From Lama glama (lineage: Eukaryota): a DNA stretch of 64,000 bases. Of the stretch, positions 12,346 through 25,660 are shown piece after piece (positions within the stretch are counted from its first letter, which is position 1; the number at the start of each line of letters is the position of its first letter). The notes under the pieces are model-generated. The model was not told where the DNA came from. It saw only the letters and a list, made by a program, of their open reading frames with translations, and did no database searches. Made by a program: the position numbers and the translations under genes. The stretch lies in NCBI GenBank assembly GCA_028534125.1, contig CM052816.1, positions 4,032,001 to 4,096,000 on the forward strand, given 5' to 3'.

Positions 12346-14067
12346 ATTTTTGTGTAAAAATAATGCAAATTATATTAAAAATTAAAAGGATTTAAAATCT
12401 GTTGTGAGGTTACCCACATCAATTCCTTGTACCAGAAATTCAATAGAAGAGAAGCCAAAAGCAAAAAGAATTAAATAATTTTTATGGTTAGCTTAGAAAA
12501 CCAATGGCTAATATTGCTCTTTGCTGATCTGTGAAGGTATGATTATACTTTTCAGAACAATTAGGACATTATTTTTTGGTAATCCTTAAAACTATACTAT
12601 GTTTCACTACAGTATTAAACAGTGAATTTATCTTTTCAGTGATTGAATAAATAATGCTTAATACCAAGACACTTAAAAAAATATTTATAATAGCATGCCG
12701 CTTTCAGAGATGCCATTTTTAAAGAGACATGCATTCTGTTTTCAATCATGCTTACCTATTTTTTTGCCTTAAATTCCTTAATATTAACATATTACATTCA
12801 TTTACTTAATTTTTTCAGAACACATGTCATTAAGGTATTATTTTCCTGAATTCCTCAAAATACTTTCATCTCATTCCCACAATAATATGCTCTTAAAGGC
12901 CTGAAGATTAGTATTATGGAATACAAATACCAAAACTGTATCAAATGCATGTGTCCACTCTCTTTTGAAAAAGTTCATATTTCATTTTGGAAGTGCTAGG
13001 TATGATGCAGGAGACTCATAGGTGGTGGCCTAAGAGAGAGCTCAGACTATAATAAGGATTGCCCTGCATTATAAAGATGCTTAAAAATAAAGAAACCAAT
13101 CTAGCATCTCAAGTTTATCTTTACAGAAGTTGAAAGTTCCAGTATAGAAGGATATATGTACAAAGAGGACTCGTATAGAAGTCACTGTAAGAGCAGCAAC
13201 AAGGAATATGCTATGTATCAACAGAGAAATTGCTAAATATTTTAAGGCACATCTATGGTTGTTGGATGTAAAAAATCAGAAGAGATTATCCTTCAGGCAG
13301 TCCAGTAAACATTTTCAATGGGACCAGGGAACCCCAAATCCTTTCAATGACCCTTAGGTCATAACCCATAGCCAATAACCCATAGCCAATGGTAGCTCTC
13401 CAAGGTCCTGAAATATAAGCGTCTCTAATTCCTAGAAACCAGTCAGAAAAACGACTGTCAGCGGACTCCAAAAGGCTGAAAACAGAGGAACGCAAAGAAG
13501 CTTCAGAGTCATCTAGCACAAATAATCTAATTTTTGAGTATTTTATCAACCTATAATAACTAGAATCTAGAACAGGGTTGAAGTTTATTGCATTTGCTTT
13601 CTACTAGGTCCCTTTACAGCCAAGCTCTTGAGGAAAGAAAAATGGATCTTCAGTTTGTAGTGAGAAGCAAAATGATTCACTTCAAATCTTGCACTGAAGT
13701 TGTTCTCATGGAAGAAGTCTTCTTGCATTAATTCCACCTCTTCTCAATTTTCCCTTATACAGTAAGCATAATTTGTATTTTTAGGGTTTATGCTTGCCAT
13801 TCTCCTTACATATTTATCTTTTATCTCTCTCAAGTTAAATTGCATGTTTATCGATAATGCTGAATTCTATGTCTAATATTTTAATATCTAAAAACACGGT
13901 TTTATATAGAGGATTCTCAAAAATTATTCTTTAATGAATACAAGAATGTAAGTATACATACAGACCAATTCTGCCTCTCACCTCACTTTCTGATTTTTCT
14001 GAACAAAAAAGAAGCCTATCAAGGTGACCAGTTGCTACTGTGGTAAGCACAACAACAAATACAGATC

Positions 14068-14515
14068 TTGTATTGATCCTTTTATCATTATATAGTGTCC
14101 TTCTTTGTCTTTATGGCCTTTATTTTAAAGTCTATTTTGTCTGATATGAACATTGCTATCCACACTTTCTTGACATTTCCATTTGCATGAAATATCTTTT
14201 CCCATTCTTTCACTTTCAATCTGTTTGTCCTTCATGCTAACATGGGTGTCTTGCAGGCAGAATATTGCAGGCTCTTTTAAAATTATCCAATTCACCACTC
14301 TATGTCTTTTGATTGGAGCCCTTAGTCCATTGGCATTTATGGTAATTATTGATAGATGTGTGTTCATTGCCATTTTAAATTTTGTTTTCCAGGTGATTTT
14401 GTATTTGTTCCTTTCTTTTTCCTTTTGTGGTTTGATAATTTTTTTTGTATCAGCTTGGTTTCTTTATGTTTTTGTGACTTTATTGTATGCTTTGACTTGT
14501 GGTTACCCTCTAATT
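14068..14515 (-). mobile_element. Isolated LINE-1 fragment: inter-ORF region and ORF2 endonuclease N-terminus
   Basis: ORF 14125-14373 gives HLSIITINANGLRAPIKRHRVVNWI...IFCLQDTH, the L1 endonuclease start (NxNGL, CLQETH motifs). It is frameshifted downstream. Confidence 0.9.
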
Positions 14516-15094
14516 TGTTGCTTTTTAAAAAATTTTAGGTCTTATCTTCAATAATACTGATAATGGAGCCTGTAACCGTGTGGCTGACTGAGTAGGAAAA
14601 ACTATGAATCTTTTCATGATCCTAGGGAGTCGAGTCACCTTTGAATAATATAATGCAGTTTCATGTTTTAAAAAATAGACTCAATCCTTTTGGACATATA
14701 GCTATTCACTATATGCTACACAAATAATCTAAGAACAACAACCAAAAGATCTTTTTTCAAATGAACAAAATTATCCATTTTCAAAGCTTTCATACACAAT
14801 ATCTAACTCTTACACTCTTCTGGCTAAGTGTAAAAGTATCCTCTACTTGATTTAGCAAAAATTTAAATTCTAAAGTGCTGCTTAACACCATTTAACCATG
14901 CTCATCATATACTAACTAAAAATGTATTTTATTTTATTTTCACCTATCATATTGAACACATTTAAGATCCTAACCAATAATTATGTTGCTGAGGCTATAG
15001 CAAAACCAATAATTTCATATATTTTTAGGTGGAGCTGCATAACTATTCAGCTCCTAAAGAAAAGAATTTTGCAATTACTGACAAAACTCTATAT

Positions 15095-15650
15095 GCATTC
15101 ACTTTCTACCTAAGAAAACTAGGAGTTTACCCAAAAATGTATTTCTATAAGAATTAAACAACATATGCATAAAATCTTGTGGCATATTCATGGTGGCATT
15201 AGAGAGCAAAGTATTAAGAAAAACTGAAATGCTTAGAAATGAAAATGAAAGACTGTTTGAATATACTATAATACCACACTGTAGAGTATTATATAACCAT
15301 ACAAATTAAAAAAGACAATCTTTATGAACAAATATAAAACTTCACTTAGTATATGTCATTAACAACAAGATCATAATCCCCATCTTAAAATTACATGAAA
15401 AATCATATATACAAAATAAGGGAAACTGGATGTGGAGTATATGGTAATCCTTCATACTACCTTCACAATTTTTCTATAAATCTAAAATTATTCTAAATTA
15501 GTAAGTTTATTTAGGGAAAGAAGTGCATGAACAACACTTAAGCATAATGCCTGACATAGAAGACAAAATTGATTTGAAAAAAAAATTGACAAATATCTCA
15601 AAGACAGTGATTACTCACTGATGTTGGCATTTTTATGGTCTTGTTTTTCT
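15095..15650 (+). mobile_element. Old L1 (L1MC/ME-like) 3' fragments
   Basis: CTAGGAGTTTACCCAAAAA...ATATTCATGGTGGCATT and GGGAAACTGGATGTGGAGTATATGG...TTTCTATAAATCTAAAATTATTCTAAA. Confidence 0.65.
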
Positions 15651-15899
15651 ATTCTGGTAGAAATTTTTATGGAAACTAAAATTTGAGTAACACAGCCCAT
15701 TCAGCAGTTTCTGAGCCACAAGATCAGGCATCCTAAGGTAATTCAACCATACTGAGAAATCAAAATGACCTTAAAATTATACTTTCTATATGGTATTTTA
15801 TTTATAAACATGCATACACACATCTATATAGAGAAAAGTAGCTCTTCATGGCCTATACAGGATTTTCAAACGTTATCTTACATAAGCCTCACAATGACT

Positions 15900-16030
15900 A
15901 GCAAAATAGGGCAGGACAAACAAGAGAGAGGTCCAGAGATGTTTGAACACTTGTCCTTGTTCACACAGCTCATCTGTAATGGAGCTAGGTCTAGAATCCC
16001 ATTGATTCCTAGTCCATCATTTCCCCTCAC
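15900..16030 (-). mobile_element. MIR SINE fragment
   Basis: GGTCCAGAGATGTTTGAACACTTGTCCTTGTTCACACAGCTCATCTGTAATGGAGCTAGG. Confidence 0.65.
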
Positions 16031-17119
16031 ACATGACACATCCTCATCACACATATGGGTATTAGGATCTATCGAAGTTAACAAGGCATTGGTACTACAA
16101 AAATGCTAAGAATTTGTTGTATTGCATATAGGGTAGAGGTAATTATCCTGTCCTTTTATAGAAAAGTATATTCAAGTTAGAGTCTCAGAAGATATAATTC
16201 ATTCCATGGAATCTAGGACATCCTGTGCATTGGTTAGGGAACTCATAAACAGGGGGAAAAAAGTAAAATTTATAGACATTTACTCTCTCAATAGATTTCT
16301 GACATTATAGTACAGTCTTGTTTTATACAGCGGAGCATGGATGGTTATCTTCTAACAACCTAAGCAATCTAGCTCCATCCAACCTTTTAAACATTGTCTT
16401 CTACTGTTTTTCAGCATAAACTCTGTCCTTTTATCAGCCTTATCTACTCATGGTAAGTTTTCATTTATTTGCCTTTCGACTATTCCCTCTTTACTTCAAA
16501 TGTAGCCTCTATTAGTTAATTTCTGTTGCTTCCAACCAAAGAACCTTAACTCTCACCAGCCTACCGACAAAAGGAATATAATAAAAAGTATTATATTACT
16601 GAGTAGCCCTCAGAATCCAGAGCTTTCACAAGAAAGTAACCAGGTTGTTTGGGGAAGTCTGTGTGTCTGGAAGTTCTGAACAGTCTATTCTGGGTATGCA
16701 CTATTAGCTTTTGCTTTACCTCCTGCTATGATGGGGAAAGGGCAGTGGACCGATTACTGGAAGAGAGGAAACAGATATTACTTAGGTGAAAATAACATGT
16801 GTGTAGCTAACATCCTAAGATACAGCGCTCTTATGCATTCTGTAAATTAGGATCAGAACTAAAAGATGCAATAGGATGACAGCTTCTGGGAATTTTTCTC
16901 TGGTCCTTTGAAAACACAGTGCTAGAAATACTTATTTCTATTTCTACATCATTCATTGCCAGACAATGTATCTGACACAAGTTTGCAATCTAGCTACAAA
17001 GCTCCTCCACTGATTTTTAAGTGGTTACTTAAACCGTATCTTGCAACCTCATTGAGATCTTGGCTCTCTAAGTTCCTTTGGAGATAAAGGAAAAGACAAA
17101 CGAAAGTTTGTTTAACACC

Positions 17120-17275
17120 GATCACCTAACTTGTGATGTATGAGCATCCACATAACTGCATTTATTACTCACAGCAATTCCATGAGGGCAGTTACTATTA
17201 TCATTCCCTTTTCTCAGATGGAGAAATTGAGGCTTAAGGAAGTGATATAACTTGCTAAGATCACATATGCTGACA
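17120..17275 (-). mobile_element. MIR SINE
   Basis: TTCTCAGATGGAGAAATTGAGGCTTAAGGAAGTGATATAACTTGCTAAGATCACA. Confidence 0.8.
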
Positions 17276-18224
17276 CACAGGTAGGAGGTTTAATAATACA
17301 AGAAATTAAACTCAATTCACTGTCTACACCATCCATTTGGCAAACAATCATGGTTTATCAATCCAGGAAATAGTCTAGTTCATGTGGTACTGTGAGTGTG
17401 TGTTACCTCCTTGGTTAAATTGCAACTTTATATTAAATACATAATACCTTATATTACATACATCCTTACATCACCCGCCATGATTAGCACATTGTTATAC
17501 ATACCACAAGCCCTTAAGAAGTGACTCTAACTATAGTACATGATTGACATGAGCTGTAAAGTCATTATCATACTCCTGTTTTGGGGATGGTATTTTTACT
17601 GTGACTACACAACAGAAAGTTCTCTACTGGTCATCCCCTGTTAGAGATAGGTTAAATCCCTCACACGTCAGCGGGTTTATCTCTTGCAGATATAGGTCTA
17701 ATCATAGTTGTTTGGGAGTGGTAATCCACCTCTTTGGCCATGACCTAGGAAATGAGGATCAGGACCAAAAGTCACAATGGGATGACAACTTCCACAAACC
17801 ACACTTTTTGCTTTTACAGGCATCTCCAATTAGCCATCAATGTAGTCACGAGATTAAGTCTATAGTTTTAAGCAATATGGAAGCCTCTAGAATGTAAGTT
17901 CAATGGGTCTTAGTCTTCAAAATACCAAGCAGTATTTACCACATGATAGGCATGCGGTAAATTTAATCATCAATTTAAAAAAAATTCCCTCAGGTTTGTA
18001 TTATAATATTAGAACACTAGATGGAGCATTGAGCTCCATCAAATATTTATGTCCTATTTTCTATACTGCTACTAGTTAACTGTGATATCAAAAGCAAGTT
18101 ATTTCATTACTTGGCCTTTTGTTATTCTAGTGGAAAAAAACAGACATTTGCACACACAAAAAAACTGTAAAGTTCACTTCCAGCTGGAAATCTTCCTGAA
18201 CTCTCTACGTATTATTTTTAGAGA

Positions 18225-18345
18225 GGTCAAGAATCAGATGGGATCAGAGATTATGTTTTATTCATCTTCGTTTCCCTAGTATAAAGCATAATGTCTGGGA
18301 CATAGAATATGTTCAAGAAATGTAGGATGACCAAACAGCTGAAGA
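18225..18345 (+). mobile_element. L2 3' end
   Basis: AGCATAATGTCTGGGACATAGAATATGTTCAAGAAATGTAGGATGA. Confidence 0.6.
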
Positions 18346-19554
18346 ATGGTTGGGATGTAAAACCATAAATACCTTTACAATTTCAAGAATTTATAGCTGC
18401 ACTGTCTCACAATCAAGTAAATGTCTCAAGAAGTTGCCCTTCTGATGCCACCCTTTTTCAATGTTAAATATCCAACTACACATGAACTACTCATTTGTAC
18501 TTCTTTATTTGTATGGTCCATAGAAGAAGATGGTTATTTTGCGGTTCTAATTATCTTAGGGATGAAGAAACTTTAAATTCTGAATATTGACAATCTAGGC
18601 TTGGTCTCCAAACAGAAATTTTTAAAAAAAGAGGAGATGGACATAATGTAATTGAACAAAATGCTACAGAGAATGACACAGAAAATATAGTAACTAATAA
18701 AAAGTACATGTGAATTTATATTCAGAATTAGAGTATGGTTTACCCCAGTGACTTCTATAAAACACTAATCCTGAAAAACTCTTACAAAAAAAAAAGGGGG
18801 TTTTATGGTCAAATTCTTTGTGATTTGATGTATTCATTGATAACCTCCTAGAGGTTCCAAAGCAGGTAAGTATCAAAGCTTTGAGAAATCTTCATTTGTT
18901 AAATCTATCATTTCTCCAACTTGCTTGACAATAGAATCTACTTTTCATAGAAGACATCAATTAAGACACTTACCACTGGGGTTTAATAAAACATACTGTG
19001 GAAACACTGTTACTGAGCATGGGGCATAGAAAAAGCTAGCAGAGTAGATCCTTGTCCATACCCAGCTGCAATAAAGTCAATCACTTTCAAACTACAGTCT
19101 TTTTACTTTATAAACAAACTAACAAAAAGGACCTCTGCTAGTCCACTGCACTGTCCGTGAACACGTTTAGTACTCCCCATTGTATCCTGATCCTTGTACT
19201 CCTGGGAGACCCTACATAAAGCGGAGGGTTGATCTGAGTCTTCAAAACCTGGGAGCTATAACCTTATCATGTGGAACTACAAGCAAGCGTCTTCTCTCAG
19301 TGGAATACTTTAGGAGAGGCTTTGAAGGGCTCTTCCAGTATGAATGTTCCCCTATGGCCTTAGCTTGATCAGTGATGGTCAAGGTATTTCAGTGCTAAAA
19401 ACAAACTACAACTACAACAGTTCATCATTAGCCTTACAACTCTTTCAATTCACTCAAAGGCCATAATAAATCTCAGACTCATTTAAAAATCAAAGACCAT
19501 ATAAAGCAGCAACAGAGTCACACTGTAAACTCACAACTGTAAGCCAGTTTGGTT

Positions 19555-19700
19555 TCCATTCACTCACTGAGCAAATATTTATTTTAAGCCTACTATGTGC
19601 TAGGAATTATACTGAGATGAGTACTTAGTTCTGGAGAGTCAAGGAACATTAAGCCAGTATAAGGAAACTCATCCAAGAGGAATTCAACTTTGAGTGGGGT
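19555..19700 (-). mobile_element. L2 3' end
   Basis: CATTCACTCACTGAGCAAATATTTATTTTAAGCCTACTATGTGCTAGGAATTATACT. Confidence 0.7.
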
Positions 19701-20664
19701 CACACCCAATCCAGAGATCGTTTTGACAGTAAGGATCCAGAAAGAAACCCCTCTGTGATGTCTTCCCTTAAACAAGAAGGCAGCCAGAGTAGAAGCAGTG
19801 TTAAGTGTTAAGGTTACAAATGAATGGTGCTTAGAATGAGCTAATTTAAACCTGGATCCTTGTTTGCAGTCATCATCATCACCATCGACAACAATAACAA
19901 CAATAACAAGGTGAACTTCTCTCACTGAGCAGCCCCAGAGAGCTGTTTTCCAAGCCAGGGCCACTCCAGGAGCCGCTCCGATGGCTGCTCTCCTGTGGCC
20001 TCATTAGCTGACTCTCACAAGGTACACACTGCAAGTGTCCTAGATCCCCACACACCAACTCTGACATTTATAAAGCACTTTCAGTCCTGACAAGATCAAA
20101 AACTCAGCATTCTTTCAAATCTCATAATAACTCCCAAACATCCCTGGCTCAGTCTGAGAAAACTGAAAGTGATAAAGCACTTATTGGATTAAAAAAAAAA
20201 AAAAAAACTTGGGAACTATGGGCTCGTCCTCTTTCCTCCTGCAGCATGAGGCACTTATTTGATTTTAATAACACATTTTCCCCTTAGAAAACACTCACTC
20301 AAATTAGCTCCCAAACTGGACTCATTTGCAATTGCCATGATTCTAGGATGTTGGCAAATTTACCAACAGACTGTGGTTTCCCTGTTAAAACTGTGGGCTT
20401 CCAACCGAAACCTCCTATGGTGATACTTCAAAATCATACTGAGACATCTTGGCGCTAAGCACTGATTCCAGCCTTGCTCGTTGCTACAGTGCGCTTGAAA
20501 AGGCATGTCAACATGTTTACTGAATCTATGTCCTGGGCTATTGCTTGCACAAAGATGGTACACTGGTATTCCTCAGTTTTTCAAAATATAAAACATACCA
20601 TTCAAAAAATAACCGTGGTATTTGCAATTTATAGCATACTTATATGTCACGCTCTGTCATATCT

Positions 20665-22305
20665 TTTTTCATTGTAGTAAAAAACACAACTTTATATTTA
20701 CCATTCTAAGAATTTTTAAGTGTATATTTCACTTAAAAATACAGCTGTTATATATTCACAATGTTGAGCACGAGATCTACAGAACTTTCTCATCTTGCAA
20801 AACTCCAACTCTGTATCTATTAATCACTAATTCCCTCCTTTGCCTTCCCCAAGTCCTTGGCAACCTTTCTACCTTGTTTTTATGATTTTTCACAATTTTA
20901 GATATGTCATATGAATGAATAACACATTATTTGGCCTTCTATGACTACCTCATTTCACTGAGCATACTGTCCTTAAGATTCATCTATGTTGTAACATGGG
21001 ACAAAATATTCTTCTATTTAAAGACGGCATAATATTCCTTTCTATGTATGTATCGTGTTGTCTTTATCCATTCTTCTACCAGTGGACATCTGGGTAACTT
21101 CCACCTTGAGGCTATTGTGAACAACACGTCAATGAACACATGTGTGCAGATATCTCTTCAAGATTCTGCTTTGAATTCTTATGGCTCTATACTCAGAAGT
21201 TGAGACTGCTAGATCAAATGGTAAGTCTATATTCATATTGTTTTCCATAATGGCTGCACCATTTACAGTCCCACCAATAGTGCAGAATGTTTCTAGTATT
21301 CATTTGTCTTCACCAACACTTGTTATCTTCTATTCTTTGGATAGTGGCCATCCTAATGGGTGTGAGATCATATCTCACTGTGGTGCTGATTTTCATTTTT
21401 CTTATGATTAGTCATGTTGAGCAACTCTTTCACATGCTTTTGAGCCATTTATATATCATATTTGGAAAAATGTCCATTCAAATCCTTTGCCCATTTTTTT
21501 AATTAGGACTTTTGCTGTTGTTGAGTTATAGAAGTTCCTTATATATATTCTTTGTATTAATGCCTATGATATATATGAGTGCAAATATTTTTCCCACTCA
21601 ACAGGTTGCCTTTTCACTCTTTTGGTATTGCCTTTGATGCACAGAAATGTTAAGTTTTGTGTAGCCCCAATTGTCTATTTTCACTTTTGTTCCCTGTGCT
21701 TTTGGCACTATGTCCAAGAAATCATTGCCTAATCTAACAAGTGGAAAATTTCCCCTACGTTTTCTTCTAGGATTTTTATAGTTGTAGGTCTTATCTTTAG
21801 GTTTTATACATTTTGAGATAATATTTGTATATGGTATAAGGTAAGGATCTAATTTCATTTTTCTGCATGCAGATACCCCATTTTCCCAACACCATTTGTT
21901 GAAGAGATTATCCTTCCCCATTGTGTACTCTTGGTATCTTTGTTGAAAATCATTTGGTCACATATGTGAAGGTTTATTCCTGGGCTCTATTCTTTTCTAC
22001 TGGACTGTATATCTGTCTTTATGCCAGTGTCACACAATCTTGATTATTGTTGTAATATGCTTTGAAATCAGGAAGCCTTCAACTTCATTCTTATCTTTCA
22101 AGACTTTTAAATATTTGATGTCTCTTGAGAGCACATATGAATGTTAGGATTTTTTTCTATTTCTGCAAAGATTATAATTGAGATTTTTCATAGATATTTT
22201 ATTAATCTGTAGATCACTTTGGATAGTATAAATATTTTAACAATGTTATGTCTTCCAATCCATGAGCACAGATTGCCTCTCCATTTATCTGTATTTTCTT
22301 TCTTT
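20665..22305 (-). mobile_element. LINE-1 (L1MA/MB-like), about 1.6 kb of ORF2 3' part plus 3' UTR
   Basis: ORF 21598-21921 gives GKDNLFNKWCWENGVSACRKMKLDPYLIPYT, the L1 ORF2 motif. The antisense 3' UTR lies near 20700-21000. Confidence 0.92.
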
Positions 22306-22484
22306 TACATCACGTCATTCTAATAGGGTCTATTAGATTCTTCGAACATTAAACGAAAACTTGTAAGAAATATGTTTTTTAACCCAAGACTGAATTACCT
22401 AAAGTCCATGAAGCTTTGAATATGGACAGAACTTTTTGAGTTTATGACTTCTGTGGAGTGTGATGGATAGATAAAATGACAGTC

Positions 22485-22615
22485 TTTAATTAATGAATCG
22501 TTTATCCGCTCAGCACTAAAGTGCCTACTATGTATGACTACTACTCCTGGGAATATTGTAGCTAAACTGAGAGACAGCCCTGTGTTCATCGTTTGTAGAC
22601 TTCTGGTGGGTGAAG
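22485..22615 (-). mobile_element. L2 3' end
   Basis: GTGCCTACTATGTATGACTACTACTCCTGGGAATATTGTAGCTAAACTGAGAGACAGCCCTG. Confidence 0.55.
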
Positions 22616-23584
22616 GATCTACAAAAGCTCAAAATTACTGCTAATCCAATGTCATTATTTTGAAAAGGAAGGAATCAAGGCATGGAGAGTAAAGGAATTT
22701 GCCAAAGATGGCAGTCAGACTTGAGACAGCAGAGTTCCCAGGGTCGTAGGTCAGCGTTCATTCTTTCTTCTACTGCACCTCTACTAACACCAGGCCTGAA
22801 GACAGCATGGAGGTGGTGAGGCCACAGCCTGACTTACAGTTGCCATTTCCTAAAAGCCAAGTAAATGCAGGGTACTAAGCAAAGGACTTGGCTTAGCTCA
22901 TTTAATTTATTCCTTCTAAAATCTGTGAGGCAAACACAGTTTCTGTCATTGACTTAAAAATCGACAGAAGGCTGGTTGTGAGATGATAGCCAAAGTAACC
23001 AAGTCAAAAATCTCAGTGAGCCTCAACTTGCTCTTCTTCTACAGAAGGGATGAGACTAGATAAGGGAAAGCAAGTCAGCATTATCTCAAGCTCGTGATCT
23101 ATTCAAATAGCAAGGGATTCTAGAGCTACATACTGAAGAGCCTTCAGAGGTCATGTCTAGTCTCACAAGCAGAAGGTTCAGGGCTTTTTCAGTAAGGCCA
23201 TAAGGTATATGAGTGTGTGTGATACATATGCCTGTGTTGAGGTAGTGAGGTTAACACATACGTGCCAGCTTTTTTTCAAGCCAAGTAGATAAATATTACA
23301 ACACCCATTTACTAAAAAGTCCTGATTCTAAATGCACTTGCCATTTTCAATGTATGTCAGGTCCATAACCTTATAAAAGTTGAAGCGCAAAAGACAACTT
23401 TGTCATACTGCAAATAAAAAAAGGATATTGAGAGAGATTTCCTACTGATGCCCATTAAAATCCCAGTAAGAATTCTTTGTACCATTTGAGTCCTCAATAA
23501 ACCACCAATGGGAAATCATTAGTTCTGTCACGTTGGGAGGCCTGCGGTCCATGGACAGCTCTGTCTGAAAGGCAGTAAAGGGCA

Positions 23585-23780
23585 AGGGTAGGGATACTAG
23601 ACCCAGAATCCCAGCCCAACAGTCCACTCACTAAATTACTGACCCAAGCCTCAGATTCCTTATCAACACAGTAGTAACAGTACCTACTCCATAAGACTGT
23701 TGAGGAAAATAAGTTAATAAATGCAAAGTGCCTAATGTAGTGTCTCACAATCCAAGGACTTCATAAATTATTTCTACTGA
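23585..23780 (+). mobile_element. MIR SINE
   Basis: AAGCCTCAGATTCCTTATC...GTAACAGTACCTACTCCATAAGACTGTTGAGG...ATGCAAAGTGCCTAA. Confidence 0.7.
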
Positions 23781-24248
23781 ATATAAAGAAGAAAATATAA
23801 AAGTTTACTTCTAATGGAAATACAAAAAATAATCATCTATACATAATTATTACAAGGCCAAATTTCTGCTTGGGCCTGCTCCAAGAATTCCTCAACTACT
23901 TATCCACCGTCTGTACCTGTCCTTATCAGTCAAGATCATCTTTCAAAATGCCTCTGTTTTTTTCATGCAAACACGGTGTCTTAAAAATGAACAAAAGGAT
24001 AAACACAGTTCTGAAGCAGAAAAGAACAGATGTTGGTGTTTTCAGCGTAGAAAATAACTACCTGAATTTTAATATGTCTGTATATTTACAAAGAGGATGT
24101 ACGAGGGAGTGGAGCTGGGGGCTGGATAAAGAGATGGGGAGGAAAGAAGTGAGAGCCAACATGTTTGAAGCCAAAAAAGAGGGTAGGCTTTTCCTTTCTT
24201 CCTTCCCTTCCTGCCTTCCTTTCTTGCTCCCATCTCTCCCTCCCTCCC

Positions 24249-24635
24249 TGCTATGGTCTGCCTCCTTAAAATTCAGATGTTGAAATCCTAACCTCCCCCC
24301 CCCCCCCAAAAAAAAAAAGAAATCCTAACCCCCAAGGATGATGGTATTAGGAGGTAGAGTTTTTCAGAGATGCTTAATTCATGAGGGTGGAGTCCTAATG
24401 AATGGGATTAATGCTCCTATAAAAGATACTCCACAGAGCTCCCTAGCCTCATCCACCATCGAAGAACACAGCAAGGAGAACTATGAACCTGGAAGAGCTA
24501 TAAATCTGTGCTCTCACCAGAGAACACAACCATGCTGGTGCCTCCAGAATTGGACAACTTAAAAATTGACACTGCCTATAAGCTACCCAGTCTATGATAT
24601 TTTGCTAGTGCAGCCTACCCAAAAGGACTATGACC
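24249..24635 (+). mobile_element. MLT1A-like MaLR solo LTR with 5-bp TSD CTCCC
   Basis: TGCTATGGTCTG...GATGGTATTAGGAGG...ATGAATGGGATTAATG...TAAGCTACCCAGTCTATGATATTTTG...GACTATGAC. CTCCC occurs at 24244-24248 and 24636-24640. Confidence 0.88.
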
Positions 24636-24965
24636 CTCCCTCTCCTTCCTCCCTTTTTGGCTGTGGCTAGGGGCTAATCTAGGCTAAGTATTTAAAAATA
24701 AACCAAAGAGAAAGAGAACCTAGGAGAGGTAAGAACTAACATGCCCAAATAAATAGGCAAAAAATCATACATAATTAAGATTTGTAAGCAACAGAAGAAC
24801 ATAAGCCATAATTTCTCACAGGCTTTGGCTTAAAATTCATTGTACAATATGGTGCTTCTTCCTTTTACTTGGCCTTTATTTTATACCATCTCTTTCTTAT
24901 TCATCACTTTCACTCCTTTGGCTCTCTTTTAACACTAGTACAGATATAAAAGCCAAGCAATGCAC

Positions 24966-25064
24966 AAAAAGAAAGAAAGAAAAGAAGGACGGAAGGAGGG
25001 AAGGAGGGAAGGAAGGGAGGAAGGGAGGAAGGGAGGAAGGGAGGAAGGAAGGAAGGAAGGAAAA
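24966..25064 (+). repeat. (GGAA/GGGA)n polypurine microsatellite
   Basis: Seen directly in the sequence. Confidence 0.95.
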
Positions 25065-25129
25065 AGTTGATTCAATTCTAAAATATTAAAGAAGATTTTA
25101 ATAAGTACGAACAAATAGTAACTCAACAG

Positions 25130-25660
25130 ATGATTTTCAAAAATATCAACCAAGAGAATGCTCTACATTAGATGAGAAAAAATATTTTAAAACTCTCTGT
25201 GCTTGTTGTTTCAAATTAATTAGTGAGGGCTGGGAAATGCACATCCTCATTCATTGCTGGTGGAAATGTCATGGAGACACCATTTCTGGAGGGCAACTTG
25301 GCAGTGTACATCAAAACACTACTAAAAGGCCTATAAATGTTAACTTCTCAGTTGCACTTTCAGGGTAAATTTTCTAAGGATATCATTAAGAGCTTATGCA
25401 AATATTTATCTACAGTAAAGTTTAATGGCTTTATTTTTATATTGGAAAATCAGAAACAACAAATATCTGACAATGAAGGATTATTTAAATAAATGGTTAT
25501 TAAGAATCATTTATTGGGAAAGTGATTAATGACATGTGAAGATGTTCATAACAGATTAAGTGAAAAGGCAGATTATAAAGCATTGCCTAGTCCATATGTC
25601 AGTTTAACAGAAATATATTAGTGGAAAATTCCATCTTTCATAAATGCAAAATGCATGTGA
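25130..25660 (+). mobile_element. Old L1 (L1ME-like) 3' fragment
   Basis: CCTCATTCATTGCTGGTGGAAATGT...CATTTCTGGAGGGCAACTTGGCAGT...TTAAGTGAAAAGGCAGATTATAAA. Confidence 0.75.

Noticed and set aside
12414..12425. Possible 12-nt minus-strand microexon GAATTGATGTGG
   Set aside because: The AAG acceptor is weak, the donor (GTAACC) is modest, and no host gene is identified.
13435..13556. Protein-like plus-strand frame NQSEKRLSADSKRLKTEERKEASESS after a TAG acceptor
   Set aside because: There is no donor or recognisable homology, and the 3' part resembles an antisense MIR end (CTTCAGAGTCATCTAG).
20501..20520. p53-like AGGCATGTCAACATGTTT
   Set aside because: The two CATG cores are not spaced as two full decamer half-sites.
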